Assembly (NCBI GenBank): GCA_050613775.1
Contig: JBODTK010000133.1
Span: forward strand, 248,001-312,000
Length of the DNA: 64,000 bases
Direction of reading: 5' to 3'
From: Neocallimastix sp. 'constans'
Taxonomy: Eukaryota
In this document: piece after piece, positions 11,873-24,065 of the stretch
Position numbering within the stretch: the first letter of the stretch is position 1
Layout: each line of letters begins with the position of its first letter
Notes under the pieces: model-generated
Database searches by the model: none
Told to the model about the DNA's origin: nothing
Seen by the model: only the letters and a program-made list of their open reading frames with translations
Translations under genes and position numbers: made by a program

Positions 11873-14800
11873 CTAATCTATAGCTGAGTTATACTTTACT
11901 ATATTTTTCAAATGAACATTACGATTCATTTGAATCATAGTATTTGGGTCCGCAAGTGTTACGGTATTAAATTGTTTTTTTATTACTTTTAAAGGACCGA
12001 CAAAATAAGGTTCTAATTTAGAACGACTAAAATTTCGAACAAGAACTAAATCACCGATTCTTATGTTTTTGGAATTTTTCATGCTATTTTTTTCTTCCCT
12101 TCGATTGGCCCAATATTTACTTGCGTTCTTTACATTTTCAGCTGCTTCCATGGTCCACCTATAATGTGAGATAAATTTTTCTAAAAGAATTTCATCTGAA
12201 GATTTATTCACTCCTTGTGTAGGTCTAGCAGCAATGTCGAAAGGCGGTTGATCCTCACGACCATAAACTAATTCGAAGCTAGAATGTTTGGTTACAGTAT
12301 TCTTTGTAGTTCTAAGGGCCCACAAGGCTGAAGGTAATACCTCATCCCAGTCTTTATTTTCTTCACCAAGTAATCTCAATAATTTACCAATTTCTTTATT
12401 CCTATTTTCAACCAATCCATTACTTTCTGGGTGATAGGTAGTGGTAAATTTTACGTAAACATCATATAAGTCCAGGAATATTTTAGTCATATCCGATGTG
12501 AATTGAACGCCATTATCCGTTGTAATGACTTGAGGAACTCCATGTCTAGCGAAAACATTTATTAAAAACTTAATGATGTCCTTAGATGTAATATTTTCAG
12601 TAGGTTCAGCCTCCACCCACTTTGTGAAATAATCCACTGCAACAATGATATATTGGTTTTTATTACCAGTTTTTATTAAGGGACCAATAATATCAAGTCC
12701 AAGATGAGTAAAAGGGCCTTCAACTTCTGTTGGAATGTTTTCGGTTGGTTCTGGATATGGCTGAGGGCGATTTAACTGACATTTTTCGCATTTTGAAATT
12801 ATCCGTTTTATATCGTTGACCATATCATTCCAGTAGTAACTTTTTCTAAGTCTTTGATATGTTTTATAATAACCTTCATGGCCAACATGATGTGCTTCGA
12901 GAATTAATTTTAGTTTTTCATTTGTTTCGGTAACAAGTTTTCTATAATTATTTCCATCTATAAAATAATCTATACCATCAATCTTTGTAAATTTTTCTTC
13001 AATAAATTCTTTAATTACTTTAGAAAGTGAATCATTTTCATCATCTTTATTCGTTTTTATAGCTAATACCTTTTGTTCTTTATCGTTCTTCATTCTAGAT
13101 AAAGCGTCGGCTACTACATTCTTTTTACCTTGCTCATAGCGAATATCCACTTTTAGCATACTTGCAGTCAAACACCATCTTGTTTGTCGTGCATTATTCG
13201 GTTCCTTATTATTAAATAAACCTAGTAGAGGTTTGTGATCTGTAAAAACTATGGTTCTAAAGGGGCTTCCCATAATATAAGGTTTTAATTTAGTAATACA
13301 ATAATATAAAGCCGTTCCTTCCAAATCGGTTATTCCATAATTCTTTTCTGCTTTGGTTAAGCTACGGCTAATGAAATGAATCGGGTGTTCTATTTCCGAT
13401 TCGTCTTTCTGCAATAAAACTCCACCAATACCTTCATATGATGCATCTGTTCGAATAATGAATTCTTTGGAAAAATCAGGATATTTTAAAATAGGAGCAT
13501 TAATTAATTTTTCTTTTAATTTGGTAAAACTTTGTTTTTGTTCATTATTCCATTTATATTTTACGCCTTTTCTTAATAGCTTACAAAGAGGAGCTGAGGT
13601 TTGAGCATATTCATTTATAAAGTTCCTATAATATCCTACAGCACCTAAGAATGATCTTAACTCATGTATATTAGTGGGTTCTTTCCAGGCTTTAATTGCT
13701 TCAATTTTACTATTTTGAGGACTAAGACCCTTAGTAGAAATCTTGTGACCAAGAACTTCAACTTCCGTTTGCATAAAGTGACATTTTTCAATATTAATTT
13801 TTAATTTATGTTCCTTGAAGATTGCTAATACTTGTTTTATGTGTTGGATATGTTCTTCGACAGTTTTTGAATATATAAGTATATCATCAATAAAGTTGAA
13901 AACACATTTTCCGATTAAAGGAAATAAAATTCTATTCATTTCCCGTTGGAAGGTAGCCGGAGCTCCAGTTAATCCGAAAGGCATAACTTTGAATTGGTAG
14001 TGGCCAAATTTGGTTGTAAAACTGGTTATTTCAACACTTTCTTCGTCCATTAGGATTTGATGGTAACCTGAGTATAGATCCATAGTAGTAAAGATTTTGG
14101 CACCATCTAAACTGTCAAATATCTCGTCAATATATGGAAGGGCATAAGAGTCTTTTTCGGTTAGATCATTCACCTTGCGGTAGTCCACACACAATCTCCA
14201 TTTTCCATTAGCCTTTGGGACCACAACAACAGGTGAAGACCATTCTGAATAAGATGGTACAACTAGCTTTTTCTTAATAAGTTTAATTAGTTCTTCTTTA
14301 ATAATATCCGATTTAAATTTGGTTACCCTGTAACATCTTTGTTTAACAGGTTTTGCGTTCGCTTTCAAGTTAATCTTATGAGGTGCTAAGTCTGACGGGG
14401 TTAATTCTTCAGAAGATGTCGCTATAATGTCCAAGTTTTCTTCAAGTAATTTTACTATTACATCTTTATAATCTTTACAAAGACTTGCTAAAAATTTTTC
14501 ATCATGGATATACTCTTGCGGGGATAGACCTTCAAGTTTCTTTAATTCATTAGTTGTGTCTTCATCTTCAAGTATTTTCCTTACTATACATACTAATTTT
14601 TCTTCTTCTTGGAAATTATTATTAATAGGAGCTATAACGTCGATTAGTCCTTGAGAATTAAATTGACATAAACTATATCTTATAGGATGGATAAAAAGAT
14701 TGTGTTCTACTTGAGTTTGAAAATTAATCAACAAATCATAAAATGGGTCATCATCATCAATTATACGAAAATCTACTATCATTTTATAATCATTAATCTT

Positions 14801-15991
14801 AACAGGTATTCGTACAATGATTCCTTCTGAATACTCATCATTCTTAGTCGCTAAACGTATCCTTCCACGACTAATACCTACTTCTTCATAATTTCCAGGT
14901 AATTTCTCATAAAATTTTTTTGTGATAACATTGAGATTGCTACAAGAATCAATTAGTGCTTTACCAGGAATTTCATCTACTGTTACATCAACCATTGCAA
15001 TATCTTCTTCTGAGGTTTCCTTACTTTTGCTAATATAAGAGTGATCAATATTATTTACCAAAGTAGCAGCAGCAATAGTATTGTTTAATGCACCTATTAT
15101 TTTCTTTTCAGGTTTTTCTAATTTTAATCCTTGACTTACTTGACTTCTGACTTTTGGAGAAACATTGAGGAGCTGACCGAAACTAATATTACACTTGGTT
15201 TCATTCAAATCTTGTAAAACATTATATTCTTCCTGATCCTTACACATCTTGATGTTCCTAAGCGTTCTACTAATTGTTGCTTTTTCTTTAGGCTCTTGAA
15301 AATCTATGAGCTTCTGTAATGTAATATTCTCATGACCTTCGTCATTAAGCTTTTCAGGAACTTCAATAACTTCCATTTCATTGATTTGTTTTGTTTTAAT
15401 AATTTTATCGTTTTCATTATCGATTAATTTATTTAATCGTTGATGCATTTTATCACTAGTAGTACTGATGCTATTTCTTTGTTTTGAAGAATCCCGACTT
15501 TGCTTTTCTCTTATAGTAATATTATCCTCCCTTTCCTTCCTTTTTCCCTTGTTATTTCCAAAGTTAGCTCTTTCTTTATTCCGAATTTGTTTTTCTTTGG
15601 CTTTCTCAATATTTATATTAGGCTGCGCCATTATCGAAGGATGTAGTTGATTTTTATTTTTAACAATTATTCTATTTTCTATTTCCTTCTCTTTTATCTT
15701 TCTTATTGCAGGAGTTGTTATAGGGGTAGGATTATCTTTGAGACTTTTACGTTGTCTCTTTTCATTATTTTCACTAGTTTCATCGTTAGTCGTCAACTTC
15801 CTTTTTGTCGCACTAACTATAAATTCTACATCATTCTCATTATCGGATTCTTTGTGAGTTTCATTAGTATAGGAAGCATCTTCTTTTTCTTCCTTATTAT
15901 AATCATTTGTACTACTAGGAATGGATTTGTATTGTAATGAAGCTATTTTATTTTTATAGGGAGTGCTTCCTCTCCCTTTTAGTGGTTTAAA
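11873..15991 (-). CDS. pol: Pol (protease, RT, RNase H, integrase with GPY/F-type tail, no chromodomain), probably reached by -1 frameshift
   Basis: LIDSCS, FIDDILI, RTDAS, GLDIIGP, TDNGVQF, PYFVGP; frame open back to TTTAAAC at 15985-15991. Confidence 0.95.
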   Translation of the reverse strand, partial: FKPLKGRGSTPYKNKIASLQYKSIPSSTNDYNKEEKEDASYTNETHKESDNENDVEFIVSATKRKLTTNDETSENNEKRQRKSLKDNPTPITTPAIRKIKEKEIENRIIVKNKNQLHPSIMAQPNINIEKAKEKQIRNKERANFGNNKGKRKEREDNITIREKQSRDSSKQRNSISTTSDKMHQRLNKLIDNENDKIIKTKQINEMEVIEVPEKLNDEGHENITLQKLIDFQEPKEKATISRTLRNIKMCKDQEEYNVLQDLNETKCNISFGQLLNVSPKVRSQVSQGLKLEKPEKKIIGALNNTIAAATLVNNIDHSYISKSKETSEEDIAMVDVTVDEIPGKALIDSCSNLNVITKKFYEKLPGNYEEVGISRGRIRLATKNDEYSEGIIVRIPVKINDYKMIVDFRIIDDDDPFYDLLINFQTQVEHNLFIHPIRYSLCQFNSQGLIDVIAPINNNFQEEEKLVCIVRKILEDEDTTNELKKLEGLSPQEYIHDEKFLASLCKDYKDVIVKLLEENLDIIATSSEELTPSDLAPHKINLKANAKPVKQRCYRVTKFKSDIIKEELIKLIKKKLVVPSYSEWSSPVVVVPKANGKWRLCVDYRKVNDLTEKDSYALPYIDEIFDSLDGAKIFTTMDLYSGYHQILMDEESVEITSFTTKFGHYQFKVMPFGLTGAPATFQREMNRILFPLIGKCVFNFIDDILIYSKTVEEHIQHIKQVLAIFKEHKLKINIEKCHFMQTEVEVLGHKISTKGLSPQNSKIEAIKAWKEPTNIHELRSFLGAVGYYRNFINEYAQTSAPLCKLLRKGVKYKWNNEQKQSFTKLKEKLINAPILKYPDFSKEFIIRTDASYEGIGGVLLQKDESEIEHPIHFISRSLTKAEKNYGITDLEGTALYYCITKLKPYIMGSPFRTIVFTDHKPLLGLFNNKEPNNARQTRWCLTASMLKVDIRYEQGKKNVVADALSRMKNDKEQKVLAIKTNKDDENDSLSKVIKEFIEEKFTKIDGIDYFIDGNNYRKLVTETNEKLKLILEAHHVGHEGYYKTYQRLRKSYYWNDMVNDIKRIISKCEKCQLNRPQPYPEPTENIPTEVEGPFTHLGLDIIGPLIKTGNKNQYIIVAVDYFTKWVEAEPTENITSKDIIKFLINVFARHGVPQVITTDNGVQFTSDMTKIFLDLYDVYVKFTTTYHPESNGLVENRNKEIGKLLRLLGEENKDWDEVLPSALWALRTTKNTVTKHSSFELVYGREDQPPFDIAARPTQGVNKSSDEILLEKFISHYRWTMEAAENVKNASKYWANRREEKNSMKNSKNIRIGDLVLVRNFSRSKLEPYFVGPLKVIKKQFNTVTLADPNTMIQMNRNVHLKNIVKYNSAID

Positions 15992-16911
15992 GATTTTCCA
16001 CTATATAACCGTTTCTTATTTTCTTGAATAATTGCATTTAACTTAGGACAATTATACTGCAAATGTCCTGGATCGCTACAATAAAAACAGGCTTTAATGG
16101 TAAGATTTTTCATTTTTTTTGTTAAGTCCTCCAATTCGTAATCTTTATTTCTTTTTGGGCTTCTAACTTCATAATTCTCTCTTACTACCTTTCTGTTGTT
16201 TTGATAATTATTCCTGATATTTATTCTTGGGTTGACAATTTCAGTTGAGTACTCTTTTGAGGGTCTCAAATTCATTACTCTATCAACTTTTTCGGCAATG
16301 TCAAACGCCCGATTTAAAGAAATGTCATCCTTAAGGGAGACCTTTTTCCAAGCTTCTTCATTGTTCCTAAGAGCATCAATATAATCGAGAACACTGACTC
16401 GCTTCTTTCTTTTCTTATCTAATTTCAAATATATGGATCGGAAACGAGTATTAAAGTCTTTTACTCGCTCATTTCTTTTAATTCTTAAAGCACGGAGCTC
16501 ACGAAGTAACATATTCTGGTCTTCTTTAAGACCATAAAAAGTTTCTATTGCTTCTACAATTTCCTTTAAGGAAGGATATTCATCTTTTTTCTTTTCTTCT
16601 GAATCAGATTCTTCTTCTTCTTCGTCCTCACTTTCTGATTCAGAATCGGTACTGTAACTTTCAATTAAATCCTGGATAACTTCGCGAGGCTCTCCAGTAG
16701 ACGTGAGTAAGCAGGCGGTAAAAATCTTTTTGGGATCAGTAACTTCCTCAAGTTTTATCCATAATCGGATTTCTGATTCCCAAGATTTGATATCGAGATT
16801 TTCCTTTGAAATTTTCTCGATATCTTTTAATTCTTTTTTTAATTCTTTAAAATTGATTTTATTTTCAGCCATTTGAAAATTTAAAAATGGTATTAATGCT
16901 ATGATATCCAA
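15979..16911 (-). CDS. gag: Gag with zinc knuckle
   Basis: 310 aa ORF with CFYCSDPGHLQYNC (CX2CX4HX4C). Confidence 0.93.
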   Translation of the reverse strand: MDIIALIPFLNFQMAENKINFKELKKELKDIEKISKENLDIKSWESEIRLWIKLEEVTDPKKIFTACLLTSTGEPREVIQDLIESYSTDSESESEDEEEEESDSEEKKKDEYPSLKEIVEAIETFYGLKEDQNMLLRELRALRIKRNERVKDFNTRFRSIYLKLDKKRKKRVSVLDYIDALRNNEEAWKKVSLKDDISLNRAFDIAEKVDRVMNLRPSKEYSTEIVNPRINIRNNYQNNRKVVRENYEVRSPKRNKDYELEDLTKKMKNLTIKACFYCSDPGHLQYNCPKLNAIIQENKKRLYSGKSLNH

Positions 16912-18139
16912 TTTAAAAATATGTTTACTTTAAAAATATATTTAATAACAAAAAAAAAAAAATAAATTTATCTTTGTTTTATAATAATATAATTATGGAC
17001 TCAGAAAACCCTCTGACAATCCAATTCTTTATTCCAATAATAATTCAGACTCAGAATCTCTCTCTGAAAATCTGATAAATTAATTCAGACTCGAAAACAC
17101 CCTTCGAAAATCTGAAACTAAAAAAAAAATAAATTCAGACTCAAAAACGCAATTTGAAAATCTGAAGCTTTTTATTATGAATTTTAATGTTTATTATATT
17201 CTCTTAAGCATTAATACACAAAATATGTATATCTTAATTTTTTTTTTTTAAATTTATTTGTAGTAATAACTTCTTTATTTAATTTTATTTAATATATTTA
17301 TTTCCTTTATTAAAATAATTAATATAACATAAAGCAAATTGTATAAATACTTAAATAATAATAATAATGTATATTTATTTTTATTTTTATTTCTTTTTTG
17401 TATATATTTATTATTCTATTAATTCTTTGTTATAACATTTAATAAAATATTAAATAAAAAGTTAAAATACAAGCCAAACTATATAGTGTTGAACCATCAA
17501 ATATATAGCTTGTTAACCCTTCTTACAATAAGTCCCCTTAGCTCTTTATTGATAAGTTGATAATGTCGATTGTTAATTATTAAGAAACTTAATAAAAAGA
17601 AGGTAGCAATATTAAATTCTTTTTAATTTGGCTAACTTATATTGTTAGTAATAAAGAAGATAATAACGTATCCTTCCCAGTATCAACAAGATCAAAACAA
17701 TAAAGTATTATGTGTGGGTGTTCAACTATCCCGCGTAGAGAGTTGTAAGACAGCTTATTTATATTTTTCTTTTTAATTAAAATTTAATTAATTATATAAC
17801 GAATAATAGAAAATTTAACACACACAAAAAAAAATATTTCAATTATAAAAATTTCAATAAAAAAAATTTAATTATATAAAATTATAAAAATAATACACTT
17901 ATTTGATAAATAATAATAATAATCTAATTTTATATATTCTATATATATATATATTGTACATGTATATATTAAAAAAAAATAAAATAAACTGATAAACATA
18001 AAAAAATTACAATTTATTATTTAGAATTATAAAAAAAAAATTTATTTATAAAATTTATTCTTATTAAAAAAAATTAAAAATTTGTACAACAAAAAAAAAA
18101 TTTTTTTTTGCTTATTATTTTAATATTTATCATTAATTA

Positions 18140-18185
<46 letters not shown>

Positions 18186-18228
18186 TATATAAATCTATAT
18201 CTATGATAATACTATTGGTTAAAAAAAA

Positions 18229-18271
<43 letters not shown>

Positions 18272-18854
18272 TTTGTTCTACACTAAAGAAAAATTTAATT
18301 TATTATTTATAAAAAAAAATTTATTAATGAAATATTTATTATTTTAATAAAAGGAAAAAAAATATATATATTTTTATTTTATTGCAAAAAAAAAAAATAA
18401 TAATAATAATAATAATAGGAGAACAAATTTATAAAAGCCTAAAATAAAAATAAAAAAAACTATATATTTTAACGTCACTTCGCAAGAATGACCAGGGTTT
18501 TATCAGGGATCGAACCTGACCCACCTCTTATTTTCTGCGCGAGTGAACAAACTATCACCTGTTGAAGTGTGTAGTTGCCTTCAGCGTGAAGGTTTTATAG
18601 TTCTAGGGCGTATTTGCCTAATTGTCAAGGATTTGTTCCTTGAGATACTCGCGTTTACAATCTACAAAACCTTGCAAAATTGTAAATAAGAGTTTATGAA
18701 ATTAATATCCTGCAAGCTAACACTGTCTTACTCGAATATTAACTTCGTAAATTTGTTAACTTTTTATTATTTTTTTTTTTATTATTATTTTTTATCTATA
18801 ATCTATAATTAAATAAAGTTACTACAAAAACTAAAGTTTTCCAAAGTTTTCCAA

Positions 18855-18902
<48 letters not shown>

Positions 18903-19184
18903 ATAACTTTTATTATTATTAATATTAATATTAAATTATTAATTATTATTATTTAACAAAACTTATGGATAATCTGATAGTATACCCTGTCTGACGTGCA
19001 GCTTGCCTCTTCACGGCGTCATGCCACGCGGGTACCACGGCTACTGTATTCAATATAAAATACAGCAGTCCAGAGCCTACTAGCCCAATTACTATGTAGG
19101 TTAAACTTAGCCCGGAAATCTATATCCAAGGCTTTGTTAAATAATTTAATTAATAAATAATATTAAATTTTATTTTTCTAATAT

Positions 19185-19202
19185 TCCCCGATATCTCCAC
19201 CA
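19185..19202 (-). promoter_or_regulatory. Primer binding site complementary to a tRNA 3' end, probably tRNA-Ala
   Basis: Minus strand TGGTGGAGATATCGGGGA, 7 nt inside the 5' LTR; plus strand ends TCTCCACCA as in tRNA-Ala. Confidence 0.75.
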
Positions 19203-20063
19203 TAAATTATGTTATGGTTCGGGTTTTATTAGAATTTTTATTTAATTATTTATTTTCAATATTCTTTTTGTCTACATTTTAATTATTGAAAAACTTCACT
19301 TATTTATACTTTTTGAAAAAAAATAAATATGTAAAGCCTTTCTACATTTTATTATCATATTTAAAAAAAAATATTTACTATTACTAATTACTTAAAATTT
19401 TATATTAATTTAAATTAACTAATTCATAAGTATTTTTATTTTAATAAATTTTGTTTATATAATTTTATATTATTTTTCATATACTAAAACTAAATTATTT
19501 AATATATACGAAAAGTAACAAACAAAATTTAAAAAGATTTTACAGAAAAATAAAGTTATTTTAATCAAGAATGTTAATATAATATTCTTATATTTTATAT
19601 AAAATAAATTTAAAAACTATAATATATTTAATATTTATTATTAATCAATTAAGATTTGATTTTATTTGTGGGGAATAAAAAAATATTAAATAATCAATTT
19701 AAAAATAAAATAAAATACTAAAAAGAATACAAGTTTAATATTGATACAATATAATAATAATATAATAATATATTTGAAAATAAAAATAAAATATTAATAT
19801 TGATAATAAACACTTTAATAAAATAATAAAATTTAAGGTAAATTATAGATATTGATATTAATAGTAAAAATATAGAATTATTGATAATATTTTAGAAACT
19901 TTTAATAAAAATATAAAAAAAATATATTTAAAAAATATTTTAGTATAGAAAATATAGTAAAGTAATATTAAGTAAAGAATAATATAATGGATTCTAAAGT
20001 AAGTTGAAATTCTAATTAATAATCCATTATATGTTCGTTCTTTACCATTTGTTTTTAGAAATG

Positions 20064-20137
20064 GCTCGCGTAGCCTAATCGGATAGGGCGTCAGACTTCT
20101 AATCTGAAGATTGCGGGTTCAAGTCCCGCCGTGAGTG
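20064..20137 (+). tRNA. tRNA-Arg(UCU): tRNA-Arg, anticodon TCT, no intron
   Basis: Acceptor GCTCGCG/CGTGAGT plus G; anticodon arm TCAGA-CTTCTAA-TCTGA; T arm GCGGG-TTCAAGT-CCCGC. Confidence 0.97.
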
Positions 20138-20179
20138 TTTAAATTTTATTTTGAAAGTATTAATTTTTATTAAATAATA

Positions 20180-23100
20180 TGTAATAATAATAAATAAGTA
20201 ATTGAATAACAAATAATTGAAAGAATAAATAATTTTATAATTAAATAATTTATAAATAATAATACTAATAAATAATAAATAATAAATAATAAATAAATAA
20301 TAAAAAATAATAAATAATTTAATTATAATAATTTATTAAATAATAAATGATAAATATTTGAATATTAAAAAAATTTAGTAATAAATGAATGAATGGATAT
20401 ATAAGTATGTAAATAAAATATTCAATGAGATCAATGTATGAATAAATAGGATATAAATAAATCACCAATATTATATATTTATATATCTAATATTTCATGA
20501 TTCATCACTTTTTATTAAGAGTTGATATACAACTCAAAAGTTCGATGTACTTTTGTTGGGATTTATTTATTAAATTTATTAATTTATTATTTATTTATTT
20601 ATTTAATTTTATATAAAAACTACATATATTTAAAAAAGACTATTTAACAACTTTCTTATTCTTTTAATTACAAACTAACTTAACATAATATAACTTTTAA
20701 ACAACAACGACGACTACACGACTAGCCCATCTCTTAATTCAGAGAAATGCTTTATTTTTATGTTATTTAGTTATAATTAACTATTTAATTAATTGTTCTT
20801 GTGATTAGAATAAACTATTAATAATTATTATTTAAGGAAATATTTAATAACTATATAAATATAAATATAAAATAATAAGAATACAATTAAAACATTGATT
20901 TATGCTATAAAATTTATTATTAATTATAAATATAATTAATATATAGAAATCAAGCCATATATTGAAATTGTTGTAAAATCATTAGATTTAAATTTGATTT
21001 ATGACATTAATTTATGTTTGAATAATAAAACTAATTTTATATTAATTAAGGTTTGAATATTTCATTTTATATCATTCGTCCCACCTTAAGATACAACTAT
21101 ACATTAGTTGTATTAAATTTTATAATATTTTTAAGGTGTACTGGTCGTTCTAAGCATGTATGTGTATTAGGATCCATTAATTGAACTGTATTAAATTTCT
21201 TTTTAACTACTTGATAAGGTCCAACAAAATAAGGGTCTAATTTATATCTCGAAAATTTTTTTACTTTGACTAACTCGCCAATTTTTATTTCATTTTGTTC
21301 TTTGTTGCATATTTTTCTGTAGTATTTGGAAATTCATTTTTCATGATAATTTTTCTAGAATTATCTCGGTCTTTAATGTATTCTTCTGTATTTAAATTTA
21401 TAAAATGGTCCTCTAAAATTTCTTTCTTAAATTCACTAATTTCTTTGTTATCTTTAGTATTAATTTCATTTTGTTTTTGTTCTATTTCATTTGCACTTTC
21501 ATTACTACTAGAATCTTTATGATTTATAGCATTAACTTGGTAATTATTATTGTTATTATATGTATCTATTTTATTTTCTAATATTTTATTCATATATAAT
21601 ATTATATTATTGAAAACTTGGTATAATTGATTTTGCAATTGACATAAATCCTGAGTTTTATGTTTTTCATCCATAAAAGCACCTCTTTCATTATATTGTA
21701 ATATATAAGAATTTATATTGTTCAATATATTATTATTATACTCAATGATATTGGATCTTAATTGAATTAATTGATTTAAAAATTTTTTTAATTTATTTTG
21801 ATTTATTTCTTGTATATGTCTATTACAATTTGTATTACTTTTCATATTATTATTATATTCTAATATATTATCAAATGAATTTGTTAATTTATTTCTATAT
21901 ATATTTTGATTATAATAAATTTTATTATCTTTGATGTCTCCAGAATTTATTGAATTTATGGAATTTTTCATGATATTAGGATTTTCTATATACCTTGCTT
22001 TTTCCCTCAAAATTTTTAAATTTGAAATAATTTTGAAATTTTCAATTTTATTGTCAAAATTAATTTTTGGAATTTTTGCATTAGAAATTTTTAACTTTTC
22101 TGATTTATTAAAATTTTTACTTTTTATAATGTCCTTCTTTCTTAAGTCCTTATTCTTTCCCTCCTGAGATGCTACTTCCTTTTTCTTAGATATTTCTTTT
22201 ATACTATTTTCTTCACTATTCTTATTAGGTCTAATAAAATTGATACCACACGAATTCATTTCAATAGCTTGGTTCTCAACGATAGGAGCAATGATATCAA
22301 AGTTTTCAACTGAAGTAAAACGACACAACGATCTTAACATCGGATGAATGAAAAGGTAATTATCAGCAATTGATTTAAGTCCTAATAAGAAATCAAAGTA
22401 AATATCTTTATGATCAATAACACAGAAATCTGCTGAGAAAGTATAATTATTAATTGAAACTTTTAGTCGAACCACAATAGCATTCGCAATAGTACTATCC
22501 CCAAGAGCTTCATAAATTCTTCCTCTACATATATTAACTTGTTCATAGGTACCAGGTAGACTATTAATATAAGTAGTACTCACTAGATTCAAATTACTTC
22601 CAGAATCTATGAGTAATCTTCCTTCGGTATCATCTACCGATGCATTTACGATTCCCAAGTCGTCACTATGAAATTTTGTATTTTTGATCATATCCTGATT
22701 ATTTTCTTCTTCCATAATAATAAAAGATTTCATGGCATCCAAAGAGCTAACAAATTTAATTTTTTCTAATTTTAAATTTTTTGTTAATTCAGACCTTAAT
22801 TTAGGACATATATCTAAGATTTGACCAAAAGTAATGTTGCATTTGGTATTGGCTAAATCTTTAATAATTTCATACGGTTCCATATTGGTTAATTTAGCTA
22901 GATTTATGTGACGTTCTGGTTTTGTGTTACCTTCCTGTTCATTAAATTTTAATTTTGTTTCTTCAATGTCCACTTTCTTATTAATTACAGTTCCTTGTGA
23001 ATTATTAATATTTGAATTTTTGAAATTATTTCTATTTTTGTTATTCAACTGGTCTTCACGTAATGATTTGTTAACATAATTATTACTTTCTTTATTAATT

Positions 23101-24065
23101 TTATTTTTATTTTTAATTTCTTCATCTTTGTTTAATTTATTATCATTAATAACATGATTATTATTATTGTTTAAATCTGGAGAAGATTTATTTATTTTAA
23201 TGCTCTCATTAAAGGTAATCGTCTTTAAATTCTTTCTAACTTTAGGTTTTAGTATTTTCCTTTTAGATAAATCAACTTCTTCTTCTACTTCATCTTTTTC
23301 TTCTTCATCTTTTTGGAAAATATCACTTCTATTAGTTGTATTCGCTTTAGCTTTCCTAATTTCCGTTCCAGCATCTAAAGAAAACTCCTTTCTTTTGGCA
23401 GCATCAACAAAATATTTCTTCTTCTCAGGAACGTTATTGGAATTTAAGGGAGAACGTTCACTCCCTCTTAGTAGTTTAAACGTTCGTTTGAGACATTAGC
23501 AGAACCACTTGATTCTTCATTTAGCATTCTTTGGTATTTCAAATATTCAAAGTGATTAAATTTTGGACAATTGTATTTCTTGTGACCTTCTTCGTTACAA
23601 AAATAGCACATCTGTACTCTATATTTACCTTTATTTCCATCATTATTCAAATTATTATTTTTGAAATTATTATCACGTGATTCGTGAGTGACTGGTTTAT
23701 TATTAAAAATTTTGTTATTATGTGAATTAAATTTTTGGTTGTAAGAAGAATTTTCATTAGAGTTAATAGTTCTTTTTCCACATTCATTTTCAACTTCATC
23801 AATTAATTCAGCTGTAGAAAAAGCTTTTGCTAGACTAATTCTTTTTCCTGCAAGTTTAACACCTTTCCATGCTTCTTTCTTGTTAAAAATTGACTTCAAA
23901 TAATCAGAAACAGAAATGCATCTACGATCATCTTCATCGAGTTTATTATATAATTCCTTATATTCTTTATTAAATTCCTTTATATTTCCTCTGGTAGATA
24001 TTGCCATATTTTTAAGTTTATCAATGATGTCTTCTGGATCCATATATAAGTCATGAAATTTTATT
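20180..24065 (-). mobile_element. Internally deleted Gypsy relative of the 11-20 kb element: partial gag (23468-24043), protease ORF (21285-23480), integrase tail, PPT and probable 3' LTR (~20180-21074)
   Basis: CYFCNEEGHKKYNC knuckle; KCNITFGQILD and LLIDSGS shared with the neighbour; no RT or RNase H; KLDPYFVGPY remnant near 21220-21245; PPT AAGGTGGGACGAA; LTR far end tentative. Confidence 0.8.

Larger units (their letters stand above)
11012..20047 (-). mobile_element. Full-length, apparently intact Ty3/Gypsy retrotransposon
   Basis: 838-bp LTRs 11012-11849 and 19210-20047 that look identical by eye; 4-bp TSD TTTG; PPT AGTGGGGGCATCT; tRNA-type PBS; open gag and pol. Confidence 0.97.

Noticed and set aside
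18490..18530. B-box-like GGTTCGATCCC on the minus strand
   Set aside because: No cloverleaf can be built; it lies in the retroelement leader.
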